A stretch of DNA of 63,531 nt, the filler included, from Chiloscyllium plagiosum (lineage: Eukaryota), in assembly GCF_004010195.1 (NCBI RefSeq). It is 9 parts of 9 records of this genome, joined end to end, with 100 filler letters (N's around TTAATTAATTAA, not from the genome) between each part and the next. Parts side by side here need not be neighbours in the genome. Positions count along the whole stretch, not along the records: positions 48,054 to 62,273 come from NW_025208242.1; positions 62,374 to 63,531 come from NW_025212858.1; 7 more parts are not named here. One strand, given 5' to 3'. The position numbers and the translations under genes are program-made. Shown in pieces: positions 52,426 to 63,531 of this stretch (position 1 is the first letter of the stretch; each line of letters starts with the position of its first letter). The notes beneath the pieces are model-generated. The model saw nothing but the letters and a program-made list of their open reading frames with translations, was not told the origin of the DNA and did no database searches.

Positions 52426-52740
52426 CAAATACTTCCATCGTTGAGCCAGTTCCATTTACAATGCTGTTTCCCAGGGTTTTCCCTCAGCAGATGTATATCC
52501 TGGAATTGCGTGCACTAACGTTCAGGAGATGCAAGGAGCCGCCTCCTTGTTTAAACAGGAGAAATACCTTCCTGCTGTTTGTTTGCAGAAATGTATTTTC
52601 ACCAAGTTGCCCCCAATCAACCTTGACATCGGAGTTGTCTTGAAAACTGGGAAATGTACAATAGTAGTTAACGTTTGAACCTACTCGGGCGTTCGTGCTC
52701 ATAGGAGCCTGGAAGACTTGGAAATGAGCGTTAACAGCAG
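52426..52740 (-). pseudogene. Single-exon VJ-type IgV domain (non-rearranging), premature stop
   Basis: Acceptor TTTCCCTACAG|; AVNAHFQVFQAPMSTNARVGSNVNYYCTF...VDW...SLHLLNVSARNSRIYIC*GKTLGNSIVNGTGSTMEVF; TGA at 52484-52486; J-like GTGS; 315 nt, phase 1-1 if the GCAAGT donor is used. Confidence 0.75.
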
Positions 52741-53174
52741 CTGTAGGGAAACAGTTATACATAAAACGTGAAAGTCAACGAATAAGACTAATTATAAAAA
52801 CTGACTGAGAGGAGCAGGAACCTGGGTGAAGGAGCAGTAGACAATGCCTATACTGATGGTTCCTCCGACCCATACGTACTGAAGAACACTGACTGGAAAC
52901 ATCATTTACAAGAGAAAAATATCACTTGCTGCCAGGAAGCACACAGGGTCAATGAATTGCTCTTGAGACCTGAATATTATGGAGCAGCGTTCACCTCAAT
53001 GTCACTCCAAAGCGATCAGAGCATGGAAGGCGTTCCTTCCAAACCAGGGTCACAGTGAGATCGAGTGAGCAGACTCATTGTCATTAAAGATATGTTTTGG
53101 TAACAGGAAGACTGAAGTTAGGTGATAAGGTTCTTCACATGATTTTCAAAGGAAAGTTGATGCAGTCTAGTTAG

Positions 53175-53490
53175 GAGGAGAAAGTGAGGATTGCAGATGC
53201 TGGAGATCAGAGCTGAAAATGTGTTGTTGGAAAAGCGCAGCAGGTCAGGCAGCATCCAGGGAACAGGAGAATCGACGTTTCGGGCATAAGCCCGTCTTCA
53301 GGAATGAGGAAAGTGTGTCCAGCAGGCTAAGATAAAAGGTAGGGAGGAGGGACTTGGGGAGGGGCGTTGGAAATGCGATAGGTGGAAGGAGGTCAAGGTG
53401 AGGGTGATAGGCGGGGGTGGGGTGGGGGCGGAGAGGTCGGGAAGAAGATTGCAGGTTAGGAAGGCGGTGCTGAGTTCGAGGGATTTGACT
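53175..53490 (-). mobile_element. PLE terminus with hammerhead motif (53270-53305)
   Basis: CTGAAGA-C-GGGC(TTAT)GCCC-GAAACGTC; homologous to 17107-17410. Confidence 0.8.
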
Positions 53491-54149
53491 TTCCAACGAT
53501 TCAAACCTGTCATTATAGACATAGTTGCGTCCTAACAACTTCTATTAATCGGACGTGGCGTGTGTGCTACTGAGGAGTGTGTGCTCTAGAAATTAACATC
53601 TCTGTGCAATATATCATCTGTTATTCGCTCATACTTGAGACCTGCATGGTCACAGTTTGTACGTGTGGAACAACACATCCCTTTGATTTGATTTAGCTGA
53701 TTGATCAACATTTTTCTCAAGCAAAATTTGTTGTTTGCACCACCATGAGTAAATAAAATGAGTGTTTTAATCTCATCTACAAACTATACACTACTTAGCA
53801 GCAGGAATAGGGCCTCCCAAACATTAATATATCCTTAAATTGACTTTAAATATCAATTCTACATGCACTACATTCGACACAAATATATTTGTTTTTTTTT
53901 TCCCGATATGCATGCATCCTATTGTGAGACACAGTCTAAATCGACGTTATCCACAAATATATGGGAATATATAAACACGAGTAGGCCATTCACTCCTTCG
54001 GGCCTGCCTGGCCAATCTGTGAGATTATAGCTGATCTAGGCCTAAAATCAGAAACCTGACTTTGGCCAATAACTCTTCATGCCTTCGTTGAAGAAAAAAA
54101 AATCTGAATTTTAAAGTTAGCAACTGATCTAGCATCCCCAGCCATTTAC

Positions 54150-54650
54150 CATGTCATAGCATCATAGAGTGATACAGCACAGACAACAAACAACAGGTCC
54201 AAACCATCTGTGCCACCTAGATATCATAAACTGATCTAGTCTCATCTGCCAGCATTTGGCCCATATCTTTCTAAAGTGTCCTATTCATCTATCCACCCAG
54301 ACATCTCTTAAATGCTGTAATTGTACCCACCTCCACTACTTCCTCTGGTACCTCACTCGATACACAGACCACTCATTGCATGAAAAGCTTGCCACACTGT
54401 TCCCTCTTAAATCTTTTCTCTCCACTTTAAAACTATGTTCTCTGGTTTTGTACTTCCCTACTCTGATGAAATGACGTTGGCTATTCATCTTATCTATGTC
54501 CCTCATAATTGTATAAACATTTCTAAGGTCATCACTCAGCCTCCAACTCTCAAGGGAAAAAAACAAACAGCCTTTCCCTATAGCTCAAACCCTCCAATCA
54601 CAATAACATCCTTGTAAATCTTTTCCGAACCCCTTCAAGTTCCAAACCAT
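54150..54650 (-). mobile_element. CR1 LINE 3' end, degenerate
   Basis: FFSLESWRLSDDLRNVYTIMRDIDK; CR1 3' UTR. Confidence 0.7.
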
Positions 54651-54926
54651 CCTGTGTGTGTGGAGATGCTTCTGAAGATCTCTCATGAATGGCTTAGCTC
54701 TAAGTTTTAGACAATGTCCCCAAGTTGCCGAATCTCCAACCAGTACAAACAGTCATTTTTATCTACCCTGTCTTTTCCTGTTGGCATTGAAGGCAGAACA
54801 CAAGACAGACCTTTGCCTGATAATGCAGATCATTTCTGACCAAGTGCTAAGACTGCCCGAATTGCTCTCTTTCAAATAAAAGTTAAAATCATGGCATTTT
54901 ATTTCATCTCATTAATGCACTTATTT

Positions 54927-55232
54927 GGGCGGCACGGTGGCTCAGTGGTTAGCACTGCTGCCTCACAGCGCCAGGGTTCGATTCCAGCTTCGGGCAAAAG
55001 TCTGTGTAGAGTTTGCACATTCTCCCTGAGTATGCATGGGTTGCCTCCCGGTGCTCCAGTTTCCTCCCACAGTCACAAAGATGTGCAGGTCAGATGAATT
55101 CGCTATGCAAAGGTGCCCATAGTATTCGGTGGATTAGTCAGAGGGGAAATGGGTCTGGGTGGGTTACTCTTCGGAGTGTCGGTGTGGACGTGTTGGGCTA
55201 AAGGGCCTGTTTCCACACTGTAGGGAATCTAA
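54927..55232 (+). mobile_element. tRNA-derived SINE
   Basis: GGGCGGCACGGTGGCTCAGTGGTTAGCACTGCTGCCTCACAGCGCCAGGGTTCGATTCC head. Confidence 0.85.
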
Positions 55233-57479
55233 AAAAAACCCTTTTTTTAAAGAATAGATTTAGCTGGTCATTAATCTGTTTCCGGGATGTGACATCTCTA
55301 TGCAGTCTAAAATCTGTCTTATTTTAATAACACACAACCTACCAGAAATGACAGTGTGACACCCTCAGACTCTGAAATATAATTTATGGATTTAAATTGC
55401 TTCTTTATTGTTCTGAACCAAATATTGATGATTTTAATGAGTCATGTTCTGGCTTTGTGATTTAAGTTGTCCTGGTCTTCCAATTACTGTATTTCTGTAC
55501 ATGACAATTTTTCAGTTTTCCCAAATATCTCTGGTAGATTAACTTGCATAAAGTGTCAAAGTGCTTATGAAAATGCTTTTCACTCTTCCCTGTTGTTGAT
55601 CCCATGGCCTCAACTGTTGGTAAAGATCAAATCTCGAAGCAGTTGTTGGAGAGGTCATTTGGATTTCTTACAGAGGGAGAATACAAAAGTTCATAATTTT
55701 AAATACATTAAATCTTTCATTCAATTTACGACTATAAGAAAACAGAGTTGGAGTAAATGCATTTATTAAGGATGATATAGTGGTTAGTTTAGTTAGAAAA
55801 TGAAGCCTGATAAACAGAGATTTTTAAAAATACTAAAAACAGAGATCATCAGTGTGCAGAGGACAGGAAGACTGTGAATGCACATTGAGTCCAATCTGGG
55901 TGATCAGTAAAAGGCGGAGTAATATTAATGGGGACTTCTCTCTGATATGAATTCAAAAGCAAGGTAGGTAAAAGGGACAAGAGAAAGAGATTCAAAAGTG
56001 TGTAGGGGGAATTTTTCTGACCCTCAGAGATGAGGGAAATTCACAATTGGATGTAGTAGTAGAGAATGACCCAAAGGAAATACGTGAACTAGAGGAACAT
56101 CGAGGCAATAGTGATGACAATCTAAAAAGATGTCTGATACTCATAGAGTGGGATATAGCTATGGTAAACATCACAATAGTACATTGGGAAAAAATGTATC
56201 TGATTTTGAGGGCTTGAGCCTGGAACTTGGGAATACAAAATTGAAACATAATTGACACAATGATGCAGAACAAAAATGGCAAACATTTAAAATATTTTTC
56301 AACTGATAACCATGCTCAGTTAACGGAGAGGGACAATGTAAACGTCAATAAGTCTCCACGAAGAGCTGAAGAGATAAAAGACTTGTATATTCAGCACATG
56401 GATAGGAGGTGATAAGAGAGATAATGCAATTGGGAGGAATAACAAGGCAAGAGAGTACACGTTGGATGGTAGGATCCTATGAACTACAGAATATCAGAGA
56501 ATCTTGCTATGCATGTCCATAGTTCCTTCAAGGTGATGCCGTTAATTTGCTTCAAAAGGCACATGAGTTACTTGCCTTTATTAGTCAAGGCAATGAAAAC
56601 AAGAGAATGGAAGTTATGATAGAGCAGTTTCTAATGTGACTCATGTCAAAACTGGACTGCTATTTGCAGTTCTGTTTGTCACGTGATAGAAAAGGCATGT
56701 GATTGCAGAAGATGGGGTGTTTGACCAGGATGTTGGCTCGGATGAAAATAATCAACTCTGAAGAGTTTGAGGTTCCTTTTCTTGGTACTGAGAAGGACTA
56801 GGACCTAACTGAGGTGTACGTAGAGAGGATAGGTAGGAGAAATTCCCCCACCCCATCCCCACCTTGTAGAAGGTCCAGTGACCGGGGGAAACTGTTTCAA
56901 GATAAGGAGCAGAATATTTAGAGAGACATTATTTTCCATCCATACGTTGGTTGGTATCTGGAACTCAGTACATAAAAACATGATAGAGACAGGTACCATC
57001 AATAACTTGGAGTATTTAGATGAGCATTTGAAATGCTGTAGCACACAAAGTTGCAGACCTAGTGCTGAAAAATGAGATTAGTACAGTTAGATGTCATTGG
57101 TTGTCATGGATGCATGAGTTGAAGGGCCCATTTCCATGCTACAAAATCTCAATAATTCTATGACTGTTTTTACTACTCAGTGAAAGGATTGATGGTGGGG
57201 AGGCAAAATGGAAGCACAAATTGTTAAATTAGAATCAAACGTGCACATTGTAAAATTTTGTCTGGGGGCACCAATTTAAAGTAAAGGGAGGCAGGATTGG
57301 AGACAGGCACATTAAGAGTTAGGCAGGAAAATAATGATAGATAACAACAGATTATATAAACCTTAAAATTGACAAGAAGGTTGATGTGATGGTTGGCAGT
57401 GTGATCAGGAATGTGAGAATGTGATCATTACATTTAAATACATTAAATAGAACAGATTGAATCAACGAATCAAAGTCAA

Positions 57480-59630
57480 ATATGATGAAATGGAGAGGAA
57501 CAGGAGCAGACGTTATGGGAAAATATTTATTTGGGAGAGGGAGAATTTCAATGCTATTAGGCAGGAAGTGGGGCACCTAAATTGGGAACATAAGTTCCCA
57601 GAGAAATGCACAACAGAAATATGGAGGTTGTTTAGGAAGCACTTGCTGATCATGCTAGATAGTTTGTCCCATTGAGGCAAAGAAGGGATGGTAGGTTGAA
57701 AAAACCAAGAGTGACAAGGGATGTGGAAGATCTAGTCAAGAGGAAGAAGGAAGCTTAAATAAGGTTGAGGAAGCAGGGCCAGTCAGGGCATTAGAGGGTT
57801 ACAAGTTAGCCAGGAAGGAACTGAAGAATGGATTTAAGAGAGTGAGATGGGGGCAGGAAAAGCTTTAGCGGGTAGGATTAAGGAAAACCTTAAGGCATTC
57901 TACACTTCTGTGAGGAATAGGAGGATGGCCAGAGCGAGGATAGTGGAGGGAACTTGAGCCTGTAGTTGGGGAAGTAAGGAAGGTCCCTAATGAATACTTT
58001 GCTTCAGTATTCATTACTGAGAGGGATCTTGACATTTCTGAAGACAGCGTGAAACAGACTGATAGGGTGGAACAGGTTGATGTTAGGAAGGAAGATGTGC
58101 TGAAAATTTTGAAAAACATAATGATAAATAAATCCCGTGGGACAGTGGGATAAACCCTAGATTACTACAGGAAGTGATGGAAGGGATTGCTGCACCTTTG
58201 ACGATGTTCGTTGCATCTCCACTGTCCACTGTTCACCCAGATGATTGGTGGGTGGCAAATGTTATTACCTTGTTCAAGAAAGGGAATAGTAATAATCCTG
58301 GAAATTACAGAGCAGTCAGTCTTACATCAATGGTGGGCAAAGTATTGGAGAGGATTCTGAGAGACAGAATTTATGATTACTTGGAAAAACATAGTTTAAT
58401 TAGAGATGGTCAGCACGGCTTTGTGAGGGGCAGGTCACACCTCACAAACCTTATTGACTTCTTTGAGGATGTGACAAAACACGTTGATGGAGGTAGAGCA
58501 GTGGATGTGGTCTACATGGATTTTAGCAAATCGTTTGATGAAGTTCCCTATGGTAGGCCCATTCAAAAAGAAAAGAGGCATGGGATACAGGGAAATCTGG
58601 CTGTCTGGCTACAGAATTGGCTGATGCATAGAAGACAGAAAGTGGTGGTAGATTAAAGTATTCAGCCTGGAGCTTGGCGACCAATGGTGTTCTGCAGGGA
58701 TCTGATCTGAGACCGCTGCTCTTTGTGATTTTTATAAATGACTTGGATGAGGAAGTGGAAGGATGGGTTAGTAAGTTTGCTAATGACACGAAGGTTGGTG
58801 GAGTTGTGTATAATGTGGAGGGCTGTTATAGGTTGCAACAGGACACTGACATGATGCAGAGCTGGGCTGAGAAGTGGCAGATGGAGTTCAACCTGGAAAA
58901 GTGTGAAGTCATTCACTTTGGAAGGTTGAATCTGAATGTTGAAAAGGAACAGAGGGATCTTGGGGTTCACATCCAAAGATCCCTCCAAGTTGCTAACCAA
59001 GTTGATAGGGCTGTTAAGAAGACATATGGTGTGTTGGCTTTCATTAGCAGGGGCACTGAGTTTAAGAGCTGTGAAGTTATGCTGCAGCTCCATAGAGACC
59101 TGATTAGACCACACTTAGAATGTTGTGTTCAGCTCTGGTCGCCTCATTAAAGGAACGATGTGGAAGCTCTAGAGAGGGTACTGAGCAGATTTACAAGGAT
59201 GCTGTCTGGACTGGAGGGTATGTCTTATAAAGAAAGATTTAGAAGAAGGATGAGAGGTGACTTGATGGAGGTGTCCGGATGTTGAGAGGCATAGATAGAG
59301 TGGATAGCCATAGACCTTTTTCTATGGTGAAAATGTTTATGGCGAGGGGGCATAATTTTAAGATAATTTGAGGAAGGTATAGGGGAGATGTCAGAGGTAA
59401 GTTCTTTACTCAGAGAAAGTGGTGGGGCATTGAATGCACTGCCAGTAGTGGTGGTAGAGTCATTTATACTAGGGACATTTAAGCGACTATTTGATCGGCA
59501 AATGGAAGTTAGTACAATGAACAGTCTATTGGTTAGTCTGATCGTCAAGTAGGATACTCGGCCAGCACAACATCGAGGGCCAAATGGCTTGTACTGTGCT
59601 GTTCTATGTTCTATGTTCTGTGTTCTAAAT
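57480..59630 (+). mobile_element. CR1 LINE, RT region to 3' tail, degraded
   Basis: PDDWWVANVITLFKKG..PGNYRAVSLTS..QHGF..YMDFSKSFD; GVLQGS..PLLFVIFINDL..SKFAND; (TTCTATG)n tail. Confidence 0.9.
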
Positions 59631-60929
59631 AAAACTTGGTCCATTTGTATGTGATTGCTTCAGAGCATTTCAAAATAATCAATGGAAGGGAACAAAGAAA
59701 CATTATCATATGTAACATTGGTTAGGAGTAGAAAAAAAACTTGCAATACCATCGGGAATTTTGGTAGCTAATGTAATATTCATTTTTAAGAACGGTGCAT
59801 TACAGACCAGTAAGTTGGTCTGTTCCTGGTAATCGCCAAAGTGGCCATAAACAGTTTGGCAAAGTGGCCATAAAGAGTTTCCGATATCGGTGATAGTCAA
59901 AGTAATTTGGCTTGAGTACCTGTGCCTCGTTCATGGCTATGACCACGCTTAGGTGACCTTGGATAGGAGGCATGCAGTGTGCACTAGAAGCTGGAGGATT
60001 TCTATGACCGCAGGGCACTACAGAGGTTGGAGTACCTTGTTAACTTTGAAAAAAAAGAATAATTTGAGGTTGTTAATTTGAATTTTCCTCTTTTATTTCT
60101 TTAAGTGCCTGGCACCTTGTAGTCAGGGGAATTCAGCATGAACTTGGTGTGTTTTATTCAATTTGACTTAACTGATTTTAGAAGAGTAAACTTGACACTA
60201 GTGATGAGAAAATAATGGATTTTGGTGGAATGGAGAGATTCGAGGAATGTCGAGAAATGAAAATAAATAAACACATACTAATGAATAGATATTGTAGGCT
60301 TCAATGGAGAACATTTATGTTGAGGAATTTTATTCATTTTGTTTTGAGAAAGACACAGAATAGATAGCAGGAGGATCAAGTGAAGCCTAAAGAAGGATCA
60401 CTGGACTCGTAATATAGACTCTGCTTTCTCTCCATAACTGTTGCCAGACATGCTGAGTTTCTCGAGCAATTTCCAATTTTGTTGTATTCAAGATGGACGA
60501 GTTGGGCTGAATGTCAATTTCCATGCCAAAATGCCTCTGTTATCCTATTATATTACAATTTAAATAAAGTTGAGACATTTCAAGAAATTTCATGAAGTCT
60601 GCTACTCAGATTTCCACATAAAACTAATTTTGGGTGAACTTGAGGTGGTTAACTTTTAACTTTTTTTAATGTCTGCGCTCTATATCTCTTTGATGAAGAG
60701 CATGGTATCTGGACTTGGTAAAGGACATATTTATGTTAAATTGTGCCTTATATGTTTCACAGGTTCAGTTGAAAAGAACAATACAGCTAAGAAGGAGGCC
60801 TTTTGACCTTTTTTTCTGTGGAGCGAGGGAAATAGTCTTCTACCACCCTCTTACACTTTCCCTACCTCCCTGTTTTTATTTTCCTTTCAGGATGCATTCA
60901 GTTTCCTCGAAAGCAGTAATCAAAGAAAC

Positions 60930-61228
60930 CCAGGTTTGATTCCAGTCTCAGCTTGCCTGTTGTGGAGTTTGCACATTCCCCCAGTGTCTGCGTGGATTTC
61001 CTCCTGATGCTCTGGTTTCTTCCCACTGTCCAAATATGTGCAGGTTAGGTGCATTGGCCATGCTAAATTATGCATACTACTCAGGGATATGTAGGTTAGG
61101 TACCTTGATCAGGGAAAAAATGTAGGATAACAGGGAAGGGGAATGGGTCTGGGTGGGTTACTCTCCGGAGGGGTTGGTGTGGACTAGTTGTGCCGAAGGC
61201 CCTGTTTCCACACTGTAGTGATTCTATC
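60930..61228 (+). mobile_element. tRNA-derived SINE, head truncated
   Basis: Family core and tail. Confidence 0.75.
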
Positions 61229-61848
61229 ATTCCATGATTTTGTCAGCCCACAATATGTTCTGACATACAAGCTGTAAATGTTGTAACCGTGCATTGCCTC
61301 ATCTTCCCCATTCTTGCCAAAGCAAAACCTTACATTTATGTCTTTTCCCTTTCAGATACTTGAGCTGGCAATATAATGGAGGAAGGGTGAGAAGATGGTC
61401 AGCTCTGAAGAGACAGCCCCATTTTGGGACTTCACATTAGCAAAAAGAAACTCTTGACAATGGACTTATGTTGAAGTATACATACAGGATAGAATCTGCA
61501 CCTGATGTGATAATGGGCTGCCACCAGGATAGGAAGCAATAATCCCATGAGAGCCACCTTCTTGGATTGTAATGTCATGGAAGAGATTTGCTGAAGAGGA
61601 AACAAAAAAGAATTTCAATGAACAAGCTACAAAATCAGGGTGATGGGTTATCACAATGAAAAGAAAGCTTGAATGACGCGAAACATGACCGAATTGGAGC
61701 TTGGCCTCATCCTGTCTAGTATCTAATCGTTGTTAGCTTTATTAGCATACTTGTAGACACCACAGCATGTCACTGCCTGCTGGAGAGTACTTCACATTTC
61801 ACTGTAGAATGAACAATTTTCACAAAAAGTAAAGATGCTATAATAGCT

Positions 61849-62133
61849 TGGGTGGCACGGTGGCACAGTGGTTAGCACTGCTGTCTCACAGCGCCAGAGA
61901 TCTGGGTTCAGGCAACTGACTGCGTGGAGTTTGCACATTCTCCCCGTGTCTGCGTGGATTTCCTCTCACAGTCCAAAGATGTGCAGGTTAGGTGAATTGG
62001 CCACGCTAAATTGCCCGTAGTGTTAGGTGAAGGAGTAAATGTAGGGGAATTGGGTCTCAGTGGGTTGTTCTTCGGACTGTCAGTGTGGACTTGTTGGGCC
62101 GAAGGGCCTGTTTCCACTATAAGTAATCTAATC
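61849..62133 (+). mobile_element. tRNA-derived SINE
   Basis: GGGTGGCACGGTGGCACAGTGGTTAGCACTGC head, TAATCTAATCTA tail. Confidence 0.8.
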
Positions 62134-62397
62134 TACAGTGTAAGGTTAGATTGTAGCCACATAATGTAAATTTGCTGATAGGCATGCTCCGATATTCCTC
62201 CTGCAACCTTACGTTACTCCAAAGAAGTTCACACTCAGATTGAACATAGAACATAGAACATAGAACATAGAAGNNNNNNNNNNNNNNNNNNNNNNNNNNN
62301 NNNNNNNNNNNNNNNNNTTAATTAATTAANNNNNNNNNNNNNNNNNNNNNNNNNNNNNNNNNNNNNNNNNNNNAAACTGAGTAGGAGGCAGCCTTGG

Positions 62398-62437
62398 GGT
62401 TTTTGCAATGGGCTTCTTTCCATTGTTTCTCACTGTG
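62398..62437 (-). promoter_or_regulatory. Recombination signal sequence (23-type; spacer reads 24 nt)
   Basis: CACAGTG (62437-62431) + 24 nt + GCAAAAACC (62406-62398), directly after YYCAYW. Confidence 0.85.
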
Positions 62438-62945
62438 GGGATCCAATAGGCACAGTAATAGATGGCAGCATCAGACCGTTCAATGTTATCAATTACAAGG
62501 AAGAATGAAGAAACACTTTTCTCAGCTGAGAACTTAGAGGGGTTCCCGGATCCAGCAGAACGCCGCTTTTGCTGAAATAAATTATCCTTCGAGGCGCCTG
62601 GTTGGGCTGTTGTTGGTACCAGTGGATAGTTTCCGCGTGTTGTGTGACGCATCGTATTTTGACTGTTGATGTCGTGGCGGAGAAAGTGAGGTCTGCAGAC
62701 ACTGGAGATCAAAGCTGAAACTTTATTGCTGGAACAGCACAGCAGGTCAGGCAGCATCTAGGGAACAGAAGATTCGACGTTTCGGGCACATGCAAGAAGG
62801 GCATGTGCCCGAAACGTCGAATCTTCTGTTCCCTAGATGCTGCCTGACCTGCTGTGCTGTTCCAGCAATAAAGTTTCAGCTGTTGATGTCTTGGGCCTCG
62901 TGATCGATATTGGTGACTGTCTCAAGACCTCGGCAAAATGTTCAC
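62438..62945 (-). pseudogene. T-cell receptor gamma-like V segment pseudogene
   Basis: After removing the insert and one frameshift: EHFAEVLRQSPISITRPKTSTVKIRCVTQHAETIHWYQQQPNQAPRRIIYFSKSGVLLDPGT/PSKFSAEKSVSSFFLVIDNIERSDAAIYYCAYW; IHWY, YYCAYW and a 23-type RSS fit TRGV; the acceptor reads CTG instead of CAG. Confidence 0.8.
62674..62879. mobile_element. Penelope-derived fold-back insertion inside the V exon, 11-bp TSD
   Basis: CTGTTGATGTC at 62663-62673 and 62880-62890; perfect 80-bp arms 62714-62793/62801-62880. Confidence 0.9.
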
Positions 62946-63360
62946 CAGCAAATATAAAATACAGAAAAGTCACATAGCTGAGGAGACAGACAGAAATCAC
63001 AAAGAAAGCGGATAGGAAGGAACAGTTCCCATTAATACAACGGCCAAATGCAGAAGACAATTTTATAATTATCGGTAAAACAAATAAACGTGAGGGAAGA
63101 AAAATTCACACAGCAAATGTTGAGAATGTCGACTGTATTGGCTGTGAGCAGGTTCATTCCTGGCTTTTTGAAGAGAATAGTAGAAACTCGAGAAAAGGAA
63201 AGAAATGATGGCTCGTGGAAAAGGCGGCGGGGGGACAGCTGGGGGCGGGGAGGGGTGTTGTAGCAAGCTGAAGATTTCTGGAGTGAGCCAACACAAAAAG
63301 AACGGGCTGAATGGTGTCCCTCTATAACTTGATGGTTCAACGGCTCGGTGTCGCACTCAC

Positions 63361-63403
63361 TGGGGGAAAGCATCAACAGACAAACCAGACAATGGAACGA
63401 CAT
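63361..63403 (-). pseudogene. Leader exon of the TCR-gamma-like V
   Basis: CACC ATG; MSFHCLVCLLMLSP+A, 43 nt, phase-1 donor GTGAGT. Confidence 0.8.
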
Positions 63404-63531
63404 GGTGCAGCAATGATGAGAAGGCTGCATTCACTGTGTTAAACCGGATAATTAAACAGGAAATGATTCGCATCCTGAATATAGACAATGCAAAACAATA
63501 CCGCTAGGGGTTCGTGATGAATTGTCTTGAT

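Noticed and set aside
52800-52990. Possible leader exon for the VJ-C1 gene
   Set aside because: No candidate combined an ATG, a hydrophobic core and a convincing phase-1 donor.
54927-54985. tRNA-like sequences with A and B boxes
   Set aside because: They are heads of a multi-copy SINE, not tRNA genes.

Overview
Gapped vertebrate genomic scaffold, almost certainly from a cartilaginous fish (shark). This is inferred from the cluster-type light-chain genes and the SINE/CR1/Penelope repeat complement. It is an immune-gene region with four kinds of gene. (1) Pieces of at least four Ig light-chain clusters of the kappa/type III (nurse-shark NS4-like) isotype: two leader+V genes with octamer/TATA promoters and four C exons. 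One V is already joined to J in the DNA (no RSS, out of frame). The other V runs straight into J-C intron sequence, apparently through a 50-bp microhomology deletion of J. (2) An apparently intact butyrophilin-like gene (signal, IgV, IgC, TM and a 27-nt cytoplasmic mini-exon; the 3' end is lost at a gap). (3) A non-rearranging single-exon VJ-type domain plus a C1 exon, with a premature stop. (4) A TCR-gamma-like V pseudogene with leader and RSS, interrupted by a hairpin insertion. The rest is largely CR1 LINEs, tRNA-derived SINEs and Penelope-like elements (PLEs). The PLEs carry minimal hammerhead-ribozyme motifs and have produced short fold-back (palindromic) insertions with 11-17 bp target-site duplications. 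Main caveat: the different immune genes lie on different contigs joined by N-gaps (many padded with an artificial TTAATTAATTAA), so their order, orientation and linkage are not proven by this window.
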